A stretch of DNA of 64,000 nucleotides, from NCBI RefSeq assembly GCF_964355755.1, contig NC_092679.1, positions 15,979,432 through 16,043,431 of the forward strand, given 5' to 3'. The stretch's first letter is position 1. Every line of letters begins with the position of its first letter. The notes beneath the pieces were generated by a model. The model had not been told where the DNA came from. It saw only the letters and a list, made by a program, of their open reading frames with translations, and searched no databases. Source of the DNA: Antedon mediterranea. Taxonomy: Eukaryota > Animalia > Echinodermata. The translations under genes and the position numbers were made by a program. Positions 26,441 through 40,392 of this stretch are shown here, piece after piece.

Positions 26441-26504
26441 GGAGCTGTAGCTTGGTGGTTAATATCATTGTCTTCCATTCCCATTGTCTAGAGTTCAATC
26501 CTTC
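26441..26504 (+). mobile_element. Degenerate tRNA-derived SINE head (related minus-strand copy ~32957-33014)
   Basis: TAGCTTGGTGG A-box-like, AGTTCAATCC B-box-like. Confidence 0.55.
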
Positions 26505-26905
26505 CAGAATTAGTGTCAGGGTTCAATCCTGACTAAGTGTCAGTGTTCAATCTTGACTTTGTGTCAGAGTTCAGTCCTGATTTAATGTCATGGTTTAGTC
26601 CTGACTTAGTGTCATGGTTCAGTTCTGACTTAGTGTCAGAGCTCAATCCTTACTAAAGTGTTACGGTTCAATCTTGACTTTGTGTCAGAGTTCAGTCCTG
26701 ACTTAGTATCAGGGTTCAATCCTTACTTAGTATCAGGGTTCAGTCCTGATTTAGTGTCCGGTTCAGTCCTGAAATACGTCATTGTTCAATCCTGACTTAG
26801 TGCCAGGGCTCAATCCTTACTTAGTGTCAGTGTTCAATCCTGACTTAGTGTCCAGGTTCAGTGCTGACTTAGTATCAGGGTTCAATCCTGCAGAATCTAG
26901 TGTCA
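26492..26905 (+). repeat. 24-bp minisatellite (gggttcaatcctgacttagtgtca)n
   Basis: ~17 copies. Confidence 0.9.
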
Positions 26906-27869
26906 GTGCTGTAGCTCACGACTGCTTCTACTCCTTATGCCTCAAATGAGACTTAGTTTATAAGAATGTAGTTCTCCATCCTGTATAGCTTTATATATAG
27001 TATATGATATAGTTTCCTTATGTGGGATGCTTATTGCTATTTACCCTAGGTTCTTTTATACACTTGCAGAGCAAAATATAATTCTCTTTTGAGACAAACT
27101 TGATTTTGATTTTTCAATCTATAGGCCTACATGTTTTAAACAAAAAGACAAATTTAAATTTTAAAATTACATACATATGATTCATATGATTAATATATAC
27201 CTAAAGATTATACGATGCATTAATCACTATTTTTTTTATCACTGTTGTCATGTTCAATAATGATAATATATTAAAATATTTTTTAAATTTTGTTTAATGT
27301 AATTTTGTAGTTTTACAGCAATTAAAAAAGCCTAGATGATTAGATTGGATTGCATATTAAGTAGATTATTAAGTAGAGGCTAAACAAACCTTCACTTTGC
27401 TAATGTTTTATAGTGATGAACAGTTAATATGAAGCTACTTTTACAGAATGAATTGATTATACTAATGTATTAAGATCAGTTTGTCTGCTTTCAATGCAAC
27501 TAAAAACATGCTTTAATTTGTATGTTTTACTATGAAACAGTAGTGCTATGTTAAAAGAATATCAGTATATTTTAAAGCAACAGAGAAACTGTAAACCGTC
27601 AAGTGATATACTGGAAATTGATTAATTAATTTGTAAACGGCGAAGATGCTGATGAGGAAATTCTATTTTTTTGATACAAGAGTAATTAAGCTCTGAAACA
27701 AACTACATCCACACATTGTTTTATGCATAACACTATTTACATTCAAGAATATTATATATATATATAGACAATTCTATAGGCAGTATCCACAAGTAAAAAA
27801 AAAATTGTTTAGGGCCTTATTATATCACAAGGTAATATAAGATATCTGTGAGGATGAAAAAAAAATCCT

Positions 27870-27926
27870 GCCTTAACTGAGATTCCAACCCAGAATGCAG
27901 AAATCCTACCATTAGACCACTAGGGC
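27870..27926 (-). pseudogene. Degenerate tRNA(Glu)-like fragment or SINE head
   Basis: Minus: GCCCTAGTGGTCTAATGGTAGGATT...GGGTTGGAATCTC; anticodon arm deleted. Confidence 0.4.
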
Positions 27927-28214
27927 TTTCATAAATATTTATAACTATACTGAATTATAAGGCTATAGATAAGAATGGACAAAAAATATGAAATATCAAA
28001 AGTGTAAATTTGATATTTGATTTGTTAAATGGTAAAAAGAAGAAATGGAGAAAGAGATAATTTTTTGAAAGATACTGAAGGAAGAGTACAGTAGAAGCCT
28101 TCCTTTGGGACATCCCTATTCAGGGAACACTTTCCATTGAAATGAACGAGGAGAAATAATGCACAATGGCCAATCACCTATTTATTGGATACCTCTATTA
28201 AGGGGACACTGAGT

Positions 28215-28350
28215 AGCGGATCCAGGATTTTGAAATAGGGGAATCCAGAGCATAAAAGTAGTGAAATGAAGGCCTATCTTTTGCATTACAATTTGTGAAA
28301 TTTAGAGGAGGAGCCCGGGCTGGCTGGGGCCCCCCTTAAATCCGCCCCTG
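28215..28350. mobile_element. GC-ended MITE (GCGGATCCAGGATT...AAATCCGCCCCTG)
   Basis: Imperfect TIRs; related fragments near 5650-5775, 29918, 53970, 54144. Confidence 0.5.
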
Positions 28351-29189
28351 ACACTACTTTATTAGATCCGAAAGATTGTTTTGTTGCCAGACGACATAAA
28401 GGAAATAAAGGAGAGGTATGGCAACATGAAAAGAAGAACATACAATAGAAATAATCGAAGAAATTTAATGAACCTGCAAATAAAGTAGCAACAGATGAAA
28501 ACGGTAAACAATGATATTTAAAGATTGGTTCCCACTAGGATGCATTGCAAGGATGTATGAGTTCAAATGATCCTTCGTTTGCGATTAATTGTATTGCATG
28601 TGTGTGTCCAAGGTTTAATGATAATCATGACTATGAGCTTTAAATCACTAATAATTGTTAATGAATCAGGGCAGATTAAGTATTGCATATTAACTGTGCT
28701 AAGTTTATAATATTCCCTGTACAAATAGTGTTCAGTTCATCAACCGTTGCTGGATGAAGGCTTTAGCATGCAGTTTCACAAGGTCCAGCCACTGATACCC
28801 ACATAATTGTCAATTTCCTTATTATATGTTGACATTTACTTACAGTACATCAGTGGTACTCAATAGTCCTACTAAGAAAGGTGCGTCAAAATATGGCAAA
28901 TATTTACATATGTGTCTGCACAATTTTGGGTGTCTCCTGGATAGGGGATGATTTCTCAAGTAGTCTCACTGACTTTCATTCCTTCCCTGAATCCATTTTA
29001 AATTGAAACATAAATAATGGTAAAATTTTAATTTAATTTTGTATAATGTAAACGATATATTACAAAGAAAATAATTAGTTGTAGTCTTGAATTGACTTTT
29101 CACAGTTTTTTATGCAAAATAACTGTTTACAAACAAAAATTGCCGTAGGTTAGTTCTTTCATGACAGCATATATATTAATTGATTAGTA

Positions 29190-29543
29190 TTTTACTCGGG
29201 GTACCCGAGTCTGGTACTCTCTCATCTTCTCCTCCTCTTCTTCTTCCATCTGGACACTATTGAGTAAAAAGTGCGATTTATAAAGTACTACTCCTCCCTT
29301 ATTCGTTGTAGTATTGAGCTGGGATTTGGCATGAATACACTACAGGGACATGTCCTCAAAGCTATAGAGCCGGATTTTTAAATTTCAAACCGGATGCAGC
29401 CATATCACGTCTCGAAGATAGTACCGTATAGCCGTATTTGGTAACGAGGTTATTGATGTGTATGTGACGTTACATCCGGTCTTATGACGTCATTACAACT
29501 TCTTTTGCTGCTGTACCCCGAGTATCGCACATTCGTGCTTGTT
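29190..29543 (+). mobile_element. Non-autonomous Helentron-like element (HINE/DINE-1 architecture)
   Basis: 5' subTIR TACTCGGGGTAC with partial inverted copy CCGAGT, (CTT)n tract, 3' subTIR GTACCCCGAGTA, hairpin GCAC-ATTC-GTGC, T-rich ends, no TSD. Confidence 0.75.
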
Positions 29544-32500
29544 CTTACTAAGAAGATTCATACAATAGTGATGAAAAGTCCATTCCAATAAAAAAAAAAA
29601 AGCTACAATTTTACACATATACATGTTTATTATCATTTGGCTATAATTAAGTCTTGTATTTCCTGTGTGTGCTCTGTCTAAATTATTTTCATATGAGGAA
29701 TTTAGATGACATTTCGTAGAAGTCTGAGCTTTGTTGACGTAAAATAAATTCATATTTTATTTAACGTTTATTTAATTGTTAATAACTTGGTTTTTTTTTC
29801 TATGCAGCATATTTCAAATAAAAACAACTTTTAGTTTTACCACTGATTTACCTGTGGTTAGTCAAGTCCAGGGATTCAGAAGGGTCAAATTTAGAGGGGA
29901 AAACTATAAGTTTCTAGGAGCAGATCCAGGATTCTGAAATAATAGACTACCTGACCACCTAGGCCTAGTAAAAGAGCACACCTAGCAGTTTCTCCATATG
30001 TATACAGTAGGCCTACAAATCGTTATGCACATAGTATCATAGTTTAAAACAGTAAAAATGTCAGTTCCCCAGCATAACCCCCACTCCCTAGATCTTCCCC
30101 TGATCACTAGAGTCAGAGTCGCTAGAGTCCGGGAGACCAAGACACAACTGGTGCTGAGCTGAGTTGGCAGCAAGAAGATTGGTAAGCAGTAGAAATTTGA
30201 TTTGAAGTGTGGTGAGGGAGGAGTTAATTTTACTCTTCTTTAACCTTTTAAAAAGAGATTGGTTCTATTTGCATAAGCTAAACTCTATTCATAAGACCAT
30301 TACTTCTTTTAGATCGCCTAGCAAAACTTAAGAATTTACACACACCGGGGCAAACACCACGCAAAACGCTCATGTTGACGCTGTGTATGTAAACCCCCAA
30401 GTTTGCTGTGGAAGGAGTATAAGTAATCTTCATTCAGACTATTGATCACTTTTCTGTTACTACCGTGGCCGTATCAGAGTCTTACATATCTGAAGACCAT
30501 GGATTTTACAACTACCTTTGATTGATTTTAATTATTTAACTGTGGTATTTATCTACCAATACTTGTTTTTCATTTAAATAACATTGGAAAGGTTACACAA
30601 ACTTGTTTATTTTTAAAGATTAGTTGATAGTTATATAAAAACCTAATATAGATACAATCTAAATAGTGAATGTTAAAGATTAAACAAATGTAAAGGAAAA
30701 ACAATCTATTGAGTTCATTTTTTAAAAAGGCAACCTGTTTTGAAAACATTATTTTAAAATAATTTATTGGCTATGCTCAAAACTCATCAATTCCTTTTCA
30801 TAAAGATAAAAATGAACTTTTCAAAATGTAATAGGTTTGTTTTCATCAACAACTTTTCTTGACTAACAATGGCTGTGAACATATTTGGGTATTGCAAGGT
30901 AAATTTGTTTAAATGAATAGTTATCTATATTTGTTATAGATGAGTACCCAGGGCAGTGGGAAAACAATAACATTTATAGATGAGTACCCAGGGCAGTGGG
31001 AAAACAATAAAATTATACAATATACAGTAGTTAAATTCAAACCTTATATATTGCAGGCATCGCATGTGATTCATATGTGACACTATATTACAGAATTTGT
31101 CTATTATACTGGACAGATAACGCCATATGTGACGATAAACTACACTCTTTACCATAATACAGCTGTCACATGTTATATATATGTGATACTGTATTACAGA
31201 AGTTGCCTGTGATACTGGACAGATAATACCATATGTTGAGATAGAGTGTATGATGCACTCTTTTCTTCAGGACCTTCCTGAATAAGAAGAAAAAAAACAA
31301 AAGTAAATTGACATATTGTAACATCACCAATACAATGTCATGAAACTCCTTACCATTAACGTTAATGGTCATTTGTCTGAGAAACCTCTCTTATGGAAGT
31401 TGTATTCAAGTAGAGGAAGTTTTATATTATTTGTCGTAACATAGAAATCTGTTAACGTAATAAAACGTATGAAAAGAACATGGATACATTGTATCCATGG
31501 TGATGAATTATGCAGCCTATGAAATGATTGCTCGAAACACTTTAACTCTTTTAACTCTGTTTTTCAATCTATTTTTGGATATTTTTGCGAATGACGTGAA
31601 AGTGTGAATCAAAGCATAGTATGTCACGTCTGTATTGTGTTGGTTCATTTGTTTCAATTAGCTGAAAAGAGTTGTTTAATTTAACATTGTCAGCATCAAC
31701 AACACTTAGGGTTAGAAATTCACACTAGACAAGACTTTTCTAGTAGATTTTTCATAATTGCTATTTAAGAATGTCAACACTAGATAAAGTTTACTGGAAA
31801 GCTAATAGCCAGGATTTTTACAGGCGGTGTTCTGTTTCCTCAAGAAGAGTCAAGTGAAGCATAAGCAACTGAAAAAAAAACTTAGGCCTAGTCTATTACT
31901 GTAGATGAAAGTACAAAATGTTGTCATGAGTTTGGCCTATATCCTACCACTTTTGATTATGGTCTCTATTTCAAAAGGGCACTTCAGGAAAAAGTAGATT
32001 CTTTTATATACTTTAATTTATAGTGCTATATCTATAATATTATATTATTAGTGTTATATAATTATAGTATAGTGCTATGTATACAAATAATGAATGTTTA
32101 TGAGTGTAATGGTACAAATAATAGCATGAGGTAAATGATATAAAAATAAATACTATTAAACGATCGTTTAATAGTGCGTACTATTGCAAGCCATTTGACC
32201 CACAATCGTCCAATCAAAAAATATTAGTCATATAGTAGAAATGGTAGTCAGGTTTTTTTTTCCATTTTTTATCTTGTTTTTTCTCTTATTAAATAATTCA
32301 AAATTTATATTGGATTATAGGTAATCTAATCTAATAACACTATGTTTTAACAACATAACTGCAATTTTAATTATTTTATATAAAAATATATTGTATATTA
32401 AATTATGTGCTTTGCAGTAGAACAAGAATATAATATATAATGCATTGCAATCAGTAGCTGTTTAATTATGTGTTCTGTTTCACTATCTCTGATTGATAAC

Positions 32501-33981
32501 CCGTCATCTGTCGTTTGTCTTGGCTAGAAATGTTGATACTGTATCTAATAATTGCATGCAAACGCCTTTACAGAACCTTCAAAAACAGACAGAATGCATG
32601 CAACTCACCCAATATCAGACACCATCGTGATGGTACAAAATTGTTATGACTAATATTCACTATCATTAAAATATACCATTCTCAAAGAAGTTGCAACATT
32701 TTTAGTATAGTTTTAGTTTATTATTAAAGACCCATTCTCTACAATTGTTGACGTTTTGTAAAAATAATGCATATTTATTACTTTAAAAACATTAAGTCTG
32801 GTTATTCCTTGTCTTAATAAGTTAACGCAATAGGACCATATAGTATTTATTTATACTACAAATGTAGTTTATGACCTTAAATTAGATCTAAAAAACATAG
32901 GGAATGGGACTTTAATTATTTTTTATTTTAAGAAAATGGAAATATTTACATTTTAACTTGAACTCTAGACCTTGGGATTAGCAGGCAAGCATGTTAACCA
33001 CCAAGATTCAGCTATACTACATTATTATTATGATTAATATGAATATACATATTGTAAAAATAATTATGAATTTGAAAAATAAGGTCATTTCCATCTTCAA
33101 CCTCTAACACAAACAACAAACTTTAGTGCAATTAATGTCATTTTTTATACAGTAAGCCTAATGGGCATAATTTTCTTGACGTCATAGTAACAAAAAAATA
33201 ATTGTTAACTAAAAAATGGTCATTTCCATCATCTGTAAATAACTACAATATAATACTTTATATGACAAGATTTTTATTGAGAAGACTCATACATGAACGC
33301 AACAGTATGTTTATATGTACTGTACACCTGTGTACTATTCAGTTCAGTTTTTGTCAACTTCATTACCCATTGCGTTAACAATATTCAAATTAACATTTTA
33401 AATACACATTTCCTTGACATCATAATAGAAAATACTAAATAAAATCTTACACCTGAAATGAGAAACATATGTTTGTTTTTAGGTGGCATAGATAGGCATA
33501 ATGTCGTGAAAGTTGCCAAAGCTCAAAGATTCACAAGAGTAATTGTCTCGTTTTTGTGCTCGGATTATTCCTACACATTACCGGGCTAAACGATCATAAA
33601 TTGACTAATTAAATTCAACTATTTAAATCAGGTAATTTGATATTACTATAGACACTAAAAAGCTTGTTCAGAAATATTAATATAATAAATAATAAATTAT
33701 TAACTATATAAGATAAAACAATAAAATTTACAGATACATGATTAATAATAAATTGTTGTTATAGATTTATAAATCCGTCATATAATCCAGAAATTTATCA
33801 TTGCGGAATAATCTTAAATTGAGATTGATGTCATGTGATTTACTCGCTGAACTTTTCATACTTTTAACCATCATTATTTTTCATTATTTTTCATTATTTC
33901 TTGGAAGCTTACAAATTCTATATTCCTGTTTCTGCTATGAACAAGTTACCGATTAAATAACCGTGATGAATAAATTGTCCC

Positions 33982-34290
33982 AAATTTGAAGCAGAAACAG
34001 GACACATATTTTGAAAATAACCAGTTAAATAAATTTCTCAAAATAGTGGTTCAAAACCCCTAATAAAATAACTAATATATATGAATGAATTATCCTAAAT
34101 TTGAAGTAGAAACAGGACACATATTTTTAAAATAACCAGTTAAATAAATTTCTCAAAATAGTGGTTCAAAACCCCTAATAAAATAACTAATATATATGAA
34201 TATATTATCCTAAATTTGAAGTAGAAACAGGACACATTTTTTGAAAATAACCAGTTAAATGGCTTTCTCAAAATAGTGGTTTAAAACACT
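33982..34290. repeat. 115-bp tandem repeat x~2.7
   Basis: aaatttgaag.agaaacaggacac at 33982, 34097, 34212. Confidence 0.9.
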
Positions 34291-37200
34291 CAACAATAAC
34301 TGTTATATAATTGACCCTGTTGACCTTCAGTCAACTACTGCATCTTGAATGTTCCGCCATCTGAGCGCATTGAATTTTGGGTAATTTATATAAATATTAC
34401 ATTTTATAATCTATTTTCAAATAATTATCGTTTTTACTTTTCCTTTATATCCCCGAAGAGATCCTTGGATAGAAGAAGGCGTTAATGATTTTTATGTTTG
34501 CGGAAACCCTTTAGGATATGTATAAATCTTCTAAATGTGGATTCAGAGGGCTGGTATCAAAACAATTCGTTTTTATCTGTAGTTGTTAACGTTGTAAACA
34601 AAATCAAATTATTAGAAAATAGGATACCTTTTGTATTTTCACGCTGCTGCTCTAGCCAGCTACGTCCCATGAGGACTACTTATTCAGAAGCTAAAGCAAG
34701 CAGCAGTTATAGTATCTAAGGCCGACAGTTTTGTGACTTTGTAAACTTTACTATAATTTATAGATCCCAGCTGCTGGACCCAAAAAACGGCTGAGAAAAG
34801 AGAGTCTATTGATTGATTGACGCGAATCAACAGACTGGAAAGAATTTCTCACTTGTACTGCTGTGAAGTCACGTTTTCTCTAGAGGGTATTCAGTTGCAT
34901 GCCTACAGGTTGAGGTCACACACACACACAGCACATTAAATTTCAAAATTGACCAATTTTAAATTGGCATGTAATTCATAATGAAAGAACTATCTTTGAT
35001 TTGTATGAATTTTTGCGATTAAAGGACATCTTTATATATCTGAAGAAAGAACAATGATTGATTTTAAACAGCGTTTTTTGTAAGAAGTATTTCTTGTTAT
35101 ACTGTACTCCTGTTATTGTCATTTACGCTGCTAGAGGAAAAAAATAAATAAATTGAAAAAGTAAGTAAACAAATAAATGGTTATTTTGTAGTATGTAACC
35201 GGAACAGGCTCTATAATATTTGTAACAAAAAGTCGACTGTTAAGTATCAGAAAAAAAGATGGATCAACACAATTTGTAATGGCAGACAGTTTGTTTCAAA
35301 AGTTCTTTCGGGACACAAGAAATACACAAATGATTAAATTCTGTGCTATATGTTTTAGTATCAGGTTATTTTGTATAAAATCTGCCAAAAGACAGACTTA
35401 TTATGGTTATAAATTTTGATACCCCAACGGACACATCACTAACATGTGTTCCAAAGCTTCCCAGAATTTATTTTATGAGTCAGAGAGTTTCTTATAGTGA
35501 AAGGTGGAATATCGATTTGTATTTTGTAAAAAAACCCCATTGGGTACCTTCAAAGGACCCATTGGACACCCATTGATCAATGCCAGGTAAAGCTTTTAGC
35601 CTAAAGTCACCCCCTTAACAGGTGCAGAGCTTAGGGTTTCCTATTGGAGTTCAAAAATGGACATACTTTATCTATTTTTAGAATAGAATTAAATTGTATG
35701 GAAAATATTAAAATTTAACAAAAGAAAAATAGAATTTATGATATCATATTAGGTAAAGATTGAATACTTACTATTTCAGAAATGTGGCTGGCTAAGTGCT
35801 TGAAGATCACTTGAAATTTACAGAATTTAATACTTACAATATATAACTCTCCTTTAAGACATCCCCCCCCCCCCTCCCGATTAAGGGGAACTCATATTAT
35901 TTAAGTGTCAATTTACAAGGGTTCTATACAATAATCCTATTGTATATACACATTAAATAAATAAATATTTAATAAAAAGGCAACGATAAAGATAACAAAC
36001 TTTATGTGACAAAAAAATGTGATGTGCCCATATATGGACATGATGATGTCATGTCACTACCATATTTGGGCATATCATTTTTTGGTCAAAATAGTTTGAT
36101 TGCCTAAGCTTTTTCTGAAACGATTGTTTCTCTTAAAACATTTTGTATACAAGAAATGTACAAAGGTTGTAATTTGTAGGTAAAGCTGTGTAAATAATAT
36201 GTAATTTTGAAAGCAGTAATTGCTATGTAAATTGCCTTAGGAATCAATTTTAATGTTTGTTTATGTTGAAACTGAAATCCATTTAAATTAATATTACCTT
36301 TTATTTCCTTAGGACGAATAAAAGTAATGGTTGTATAAAAGTCAACGTATAAAATGATAGTTGTGATATTTATTTTTGAAGTTGTCGAAGAGTCATACAA
36401 ATATGATGTCAACTAAATACAACTTTGTATTAAATTATATAGCAAAAATAGAATTAATAGATTTGCATGTTAAATTTTTATGACTACCCTATTTTAAACA
36501 AAACATGAGGGGGAGTGCAGAATGTGACCATGTTTGTCAATGAGAGAGATACCCACATCTAGTCACGTCTTTTAAAATATGCATTTATATAGGAATAAAT
36601 ATTTTCATGATTGATAAATTGTTTTGATTTTTTTTTTGGCTACCATATTTATAACAAAAGGTGATGAGGGCAGTGTAGGCTGTGACCATGTGGGATCAGA
36701 GCAACTTACTCAAGAGTCAAATCTAGCCACATATGTAAAAATGTTTAAAATTTTAAACTCTACTTGACTGTCACATTTTAACATCATAACCTTTTACACC
36801 ACCAAGGCATAATAAACAAAATGTCATTTTATACATTTTTATTTTGTGATTCCATTGAATATTAATGTTTAAATATTTGTATGCCAGGGGAGTTAAATGT
36901 TTCAAACAAACCACCCTTTTTCGAACTAGAGATAAGCCGTAGGCTGAGTGGTATACAGACCTAATTAGCCTAGCTTATGAAAACGAAACCCATATACAAA
37001 GATTTGTATACAGTACACGTTTTAATCTGTTTTTATAAAAAATTATTAAAATGCATTTAAATTTAACATGTATTGATTTATTAGTCTGTAGTTTAGAAAT
37101 ATTAGTCTGTGCATAGACAAGTAGACATATTAAATTCTTGATATTATAATTCAATGACACTCTATCAAATCTGATTCATTGATGTATGTTGATAATATAC

Positions 37201-37764
37201 AAATCGTTATAAATTTTTATGAATGGTAATTGTAAAGTTTTATAAGACTCAAGAGGAATATTTACAATACTCTAGGGGAACAGTTATTTCATAATGCAGA
37301 AGGTTGTGTATTAATTACTAGAAACGAACATCTTAAGGTGTCCGTACGCCTAATACTGTTTTACTATTCAAGTGGCATGTTCTGCTAAAAGGTACAAATT
37401 ACTGCACTATTCATATTTACATCACGATAATTCATAGGAAAACTTGACTATTGGTTGATATGGATGATGTGACATTTGAAATTCAAAAGGAATGAAGAAA
37501 ATTACAGAGTGGGACTTTTTTGGTTAATATAAAAGCCCAGGATTTTTACAGGGAGGTTAATTTTTCTACGAAATGGAAAAATCCGTCACAAGCAAGCTTA
37601 GTTAGGCCTTCTGTATTACAATTAATGTAAAGTCTTCTTCTTGTCAAGGTTTTATAGTACTTCCGCTATACTTTATATTATTCAACAAACATTCTTAAAT
37701 AATTAATTAAAAAATCATTTGTATTAAGTATTAAATTTCTTTTTTTTTTAAAAGGTAACTGAGG

Positions 37765-37955
37765 ATGTCTCATCTGTGTTGTTGGTTTTTCATCTTGGTA
37801 CTAATTTCGATCAATAGCCATCAGGCACTGACTGAGCCTGTTAATGAAAACAGCCCTTGTGTTGTAAGTGCTAAAACGCCGCTATCTGTAAGGTGTGTGG
37901 ATGTGGACGTTGCGTCAGTAACACAGCTCAACATTCCACGTGAAACTACTCAATT
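37765..37955 (+). CDS. First coding exon of a secreted/membrane protein, probably LRR-containing (signal peptide + LRRNT-like cap)
   Basis: Acceptor (T)n-aaaag at 37754, ATG at 37765, hydrophobic signal peptide, C-x11-C...IPRETTQL, phase-2 TT|gtgagt donor typical of LRR-exon genes; no downstream exons found in the window. Confidence 0.65.
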
Positions 37956-37984
37956 GTGAGTACAGACTTTCTTACTTGATAGAA

Positions 37985-38295
37985 GTTGATGAATATTTAA
38001 AGCTAGTTAATGAATATGTAAAAGAAGTTGATAAATATTTAAAAGTTAGTTAATGAATATGTAATAGAAGCTAATGAATAATTAAAAAGTTTACAGAGCT
38101 CAAACTTTGGCTAAAGAAAACTTCAATTTAAATACAGTTAATGAATATGTAAAGGAGTTGATAAATATTTAAAGTTAGTTAATTAAATATGTAATAGAAG
38201 CTAATGAATAATTAACAGGTTTACAGAGCTCAAGCTTTGGCCAACTAAAACTTAAATTTAAATATAATTAATGAATGTGTAATAATAGTTTATGA
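37985..38295. repeat. ~131-bp tandem duplication built from short AT-rich subunits
   Basis: ttaatgaatatgtaaa..agttgataaatatttaaa at ~38007 and ~38138. Confidence 0.8.
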
Positions 38296-39804
38296 ATATT
38301 GAATGAACATTTTATGAATATTCAAAGGGATTCTTTATAACATTGGTATACTACCATTAACATTGATAGTATGCAGGATTTAAAACTCTTTTTATTTTTT
38401 TTAACCCTTTTTTAATTTAGAAATTAAATCTGCCATGCTTGATTCATTTCTGTTTTTATAATTATATAGAATAACATTCTATACATCAAATTTTATCATT
38501 TATAGTGATCAGGTATTAGTTTCTTGATGCATCTATAAAAAAAGCTTTCTTACATTTTCTATGAAATATCCCGTAGTGTAAACACAATGCAAATTTTACT
38601 ATCTTATTCAACCAAATGAGAATACATACACAACTGTATGTAAAATATGTACAGTATGTATGTTATACACAATTATTATGCAATCTTTATACATTACTAT
38701 GCCAATCTTTTCGCATACATATATACATACAAGAGACGCCAGATATTCTTTGACTTAATTAGCATATTTTGTGGACATTGACCTTAAAAGATTGAACACC
38801 GTTTAGTGCTGATGAGAAGGTTTGGATGATACATTGCGTTTAAACCAGGAATTTAGTAGATTTACCGGCTAAATATGAAAGATCAGCGAGTCCATTCTTG
38901 TGCGATTTGTAATATAGCACAAATGAATGTCGGTCATTGACTCCAGTTTAAACAACTGTGCCAAATTATCAACAAATTAATGTATTAACACCATTATACG
39001 TACTATAACGTGAAAACAATTCTGGGAAGAATGAAATTAATCCAAAAAAATCGTAATGATAACAAGAGACAATACTAAATTATGCATGTATTTCTATAAA
39101 TATTACATGCATTTAGATAACCATATTAAAAGGAATTTTTTTTTTCTTAGTATGGCCGAAGCATATTGACTGCTGGACCATTTTGTAATGTGTATTTATA
39201 TTTAACATAGGCTCTGTTAGTCGGAATGGATAAAAGGCATAATTTTAAGAAAGAACAACAAGAAAAATAAGATATACTGGTAAAATAAGAATTTTGTTAA
39301 TAATCTTATAGATTAATATTTATTTGGTGTTGAACCTCCTTTACACACTCAAACTTTATGTGACAAAAAAATGTGATGTGCCCATATATGAACATGATGA
39401 TGTAATATCGCTACCATAATAAGAAGTATCTATAAAATAAATTGCCCAATTTACACAGGGTTTGGGCGCAAACGTCACGACGCGTACATATGTGATTTGT
39501 TGTTTCTACATTTTCCCCCAAAACCTTCCCATCATGCATTGTGCAACAACATTCCTCGCAAAATCAAGCTATTTGCGATAAACCGTATTACTATTATTTT
39601 TTTAAAAACCCCCATCTTTCAAATAATAAAACGAAAATTGCAACATACTGTACAGTACATCTCTATGTACCGGTTTAACTTCATTTGAACAGCTAGAGCT
39701 GATGTGTAGGCGTCCATTAGTCTAATGATACTCAGTACAAAATATTAACATACTATGTTAAATTAAGCAATTAATTAGTATAGAAAGTTGTCAAGGCATT
39801 ATTA

Positions 39805-39916
39805 GACAATATTGCCTTAAGATGATCCAAACTAATCCAAGATGAGATTAGAGCTCTTATTTGACAATATTGCCTCAAGATGATCCAAACTAATCCAAGA
39901 TGAGATTAGAGCTCTT
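39805..39916. repeat. 58-bp tandem duplication
   Basis: gacaatattgcc...gagctctt x2. Confidence 0.9.
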
Positions 39917-39976
39917 GGGAAATTTATGAGAGAAGAAATTTTTGTTAGGAATACTATTACAATACAATAACTTTCT

Positions 39977-40392
39977 TTTATGCCAGCTTAACAGTTGGGT
40001 CCTTCGGATAGACCAGGACCTGGATATCAAATTGACACTTAATATTTAAGTGTGCGCTTTTCTTCTGTACCACTTGATATTAAATGGGTTTTCATACAGT
40101 AGTTCCAGTCAATAATTCTGGTGTTATTTATTTTAATTTTATGCCAGCTTAACAGTTGGGTCCTACGGATAGATCTTGATATCAAATTAATGCCTAATAC
40201 TCAAGTGGCGCTTTTCTTCTGTACCACTTGATATTGAATGGGTTTTCATACAGTAGTTCCAGTCAATAGTTCTAGTGTTGTTGGGTCCTTTGGATAGATC
40301 TGGATATCAAATCAACGCATAATACTCAGGTGTGGCACTTTTCTTCTGTACCACTTGATATTGAATGGTTTGCATATAGTAGTGCCAGTCTG
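39977..40392. repeat. ~140-160-bp tandem repeat x3
   Basis: gttgggtcc..gatatcaaat..cttttcttctgtaccacttgatatt x3. Confidence 0.85.

Noticed and set aside
26492-26905. CRISPR-like array
   Set aside because: Contiguous degenerate units without unique spacers, no cas genes, eukaryotic context.
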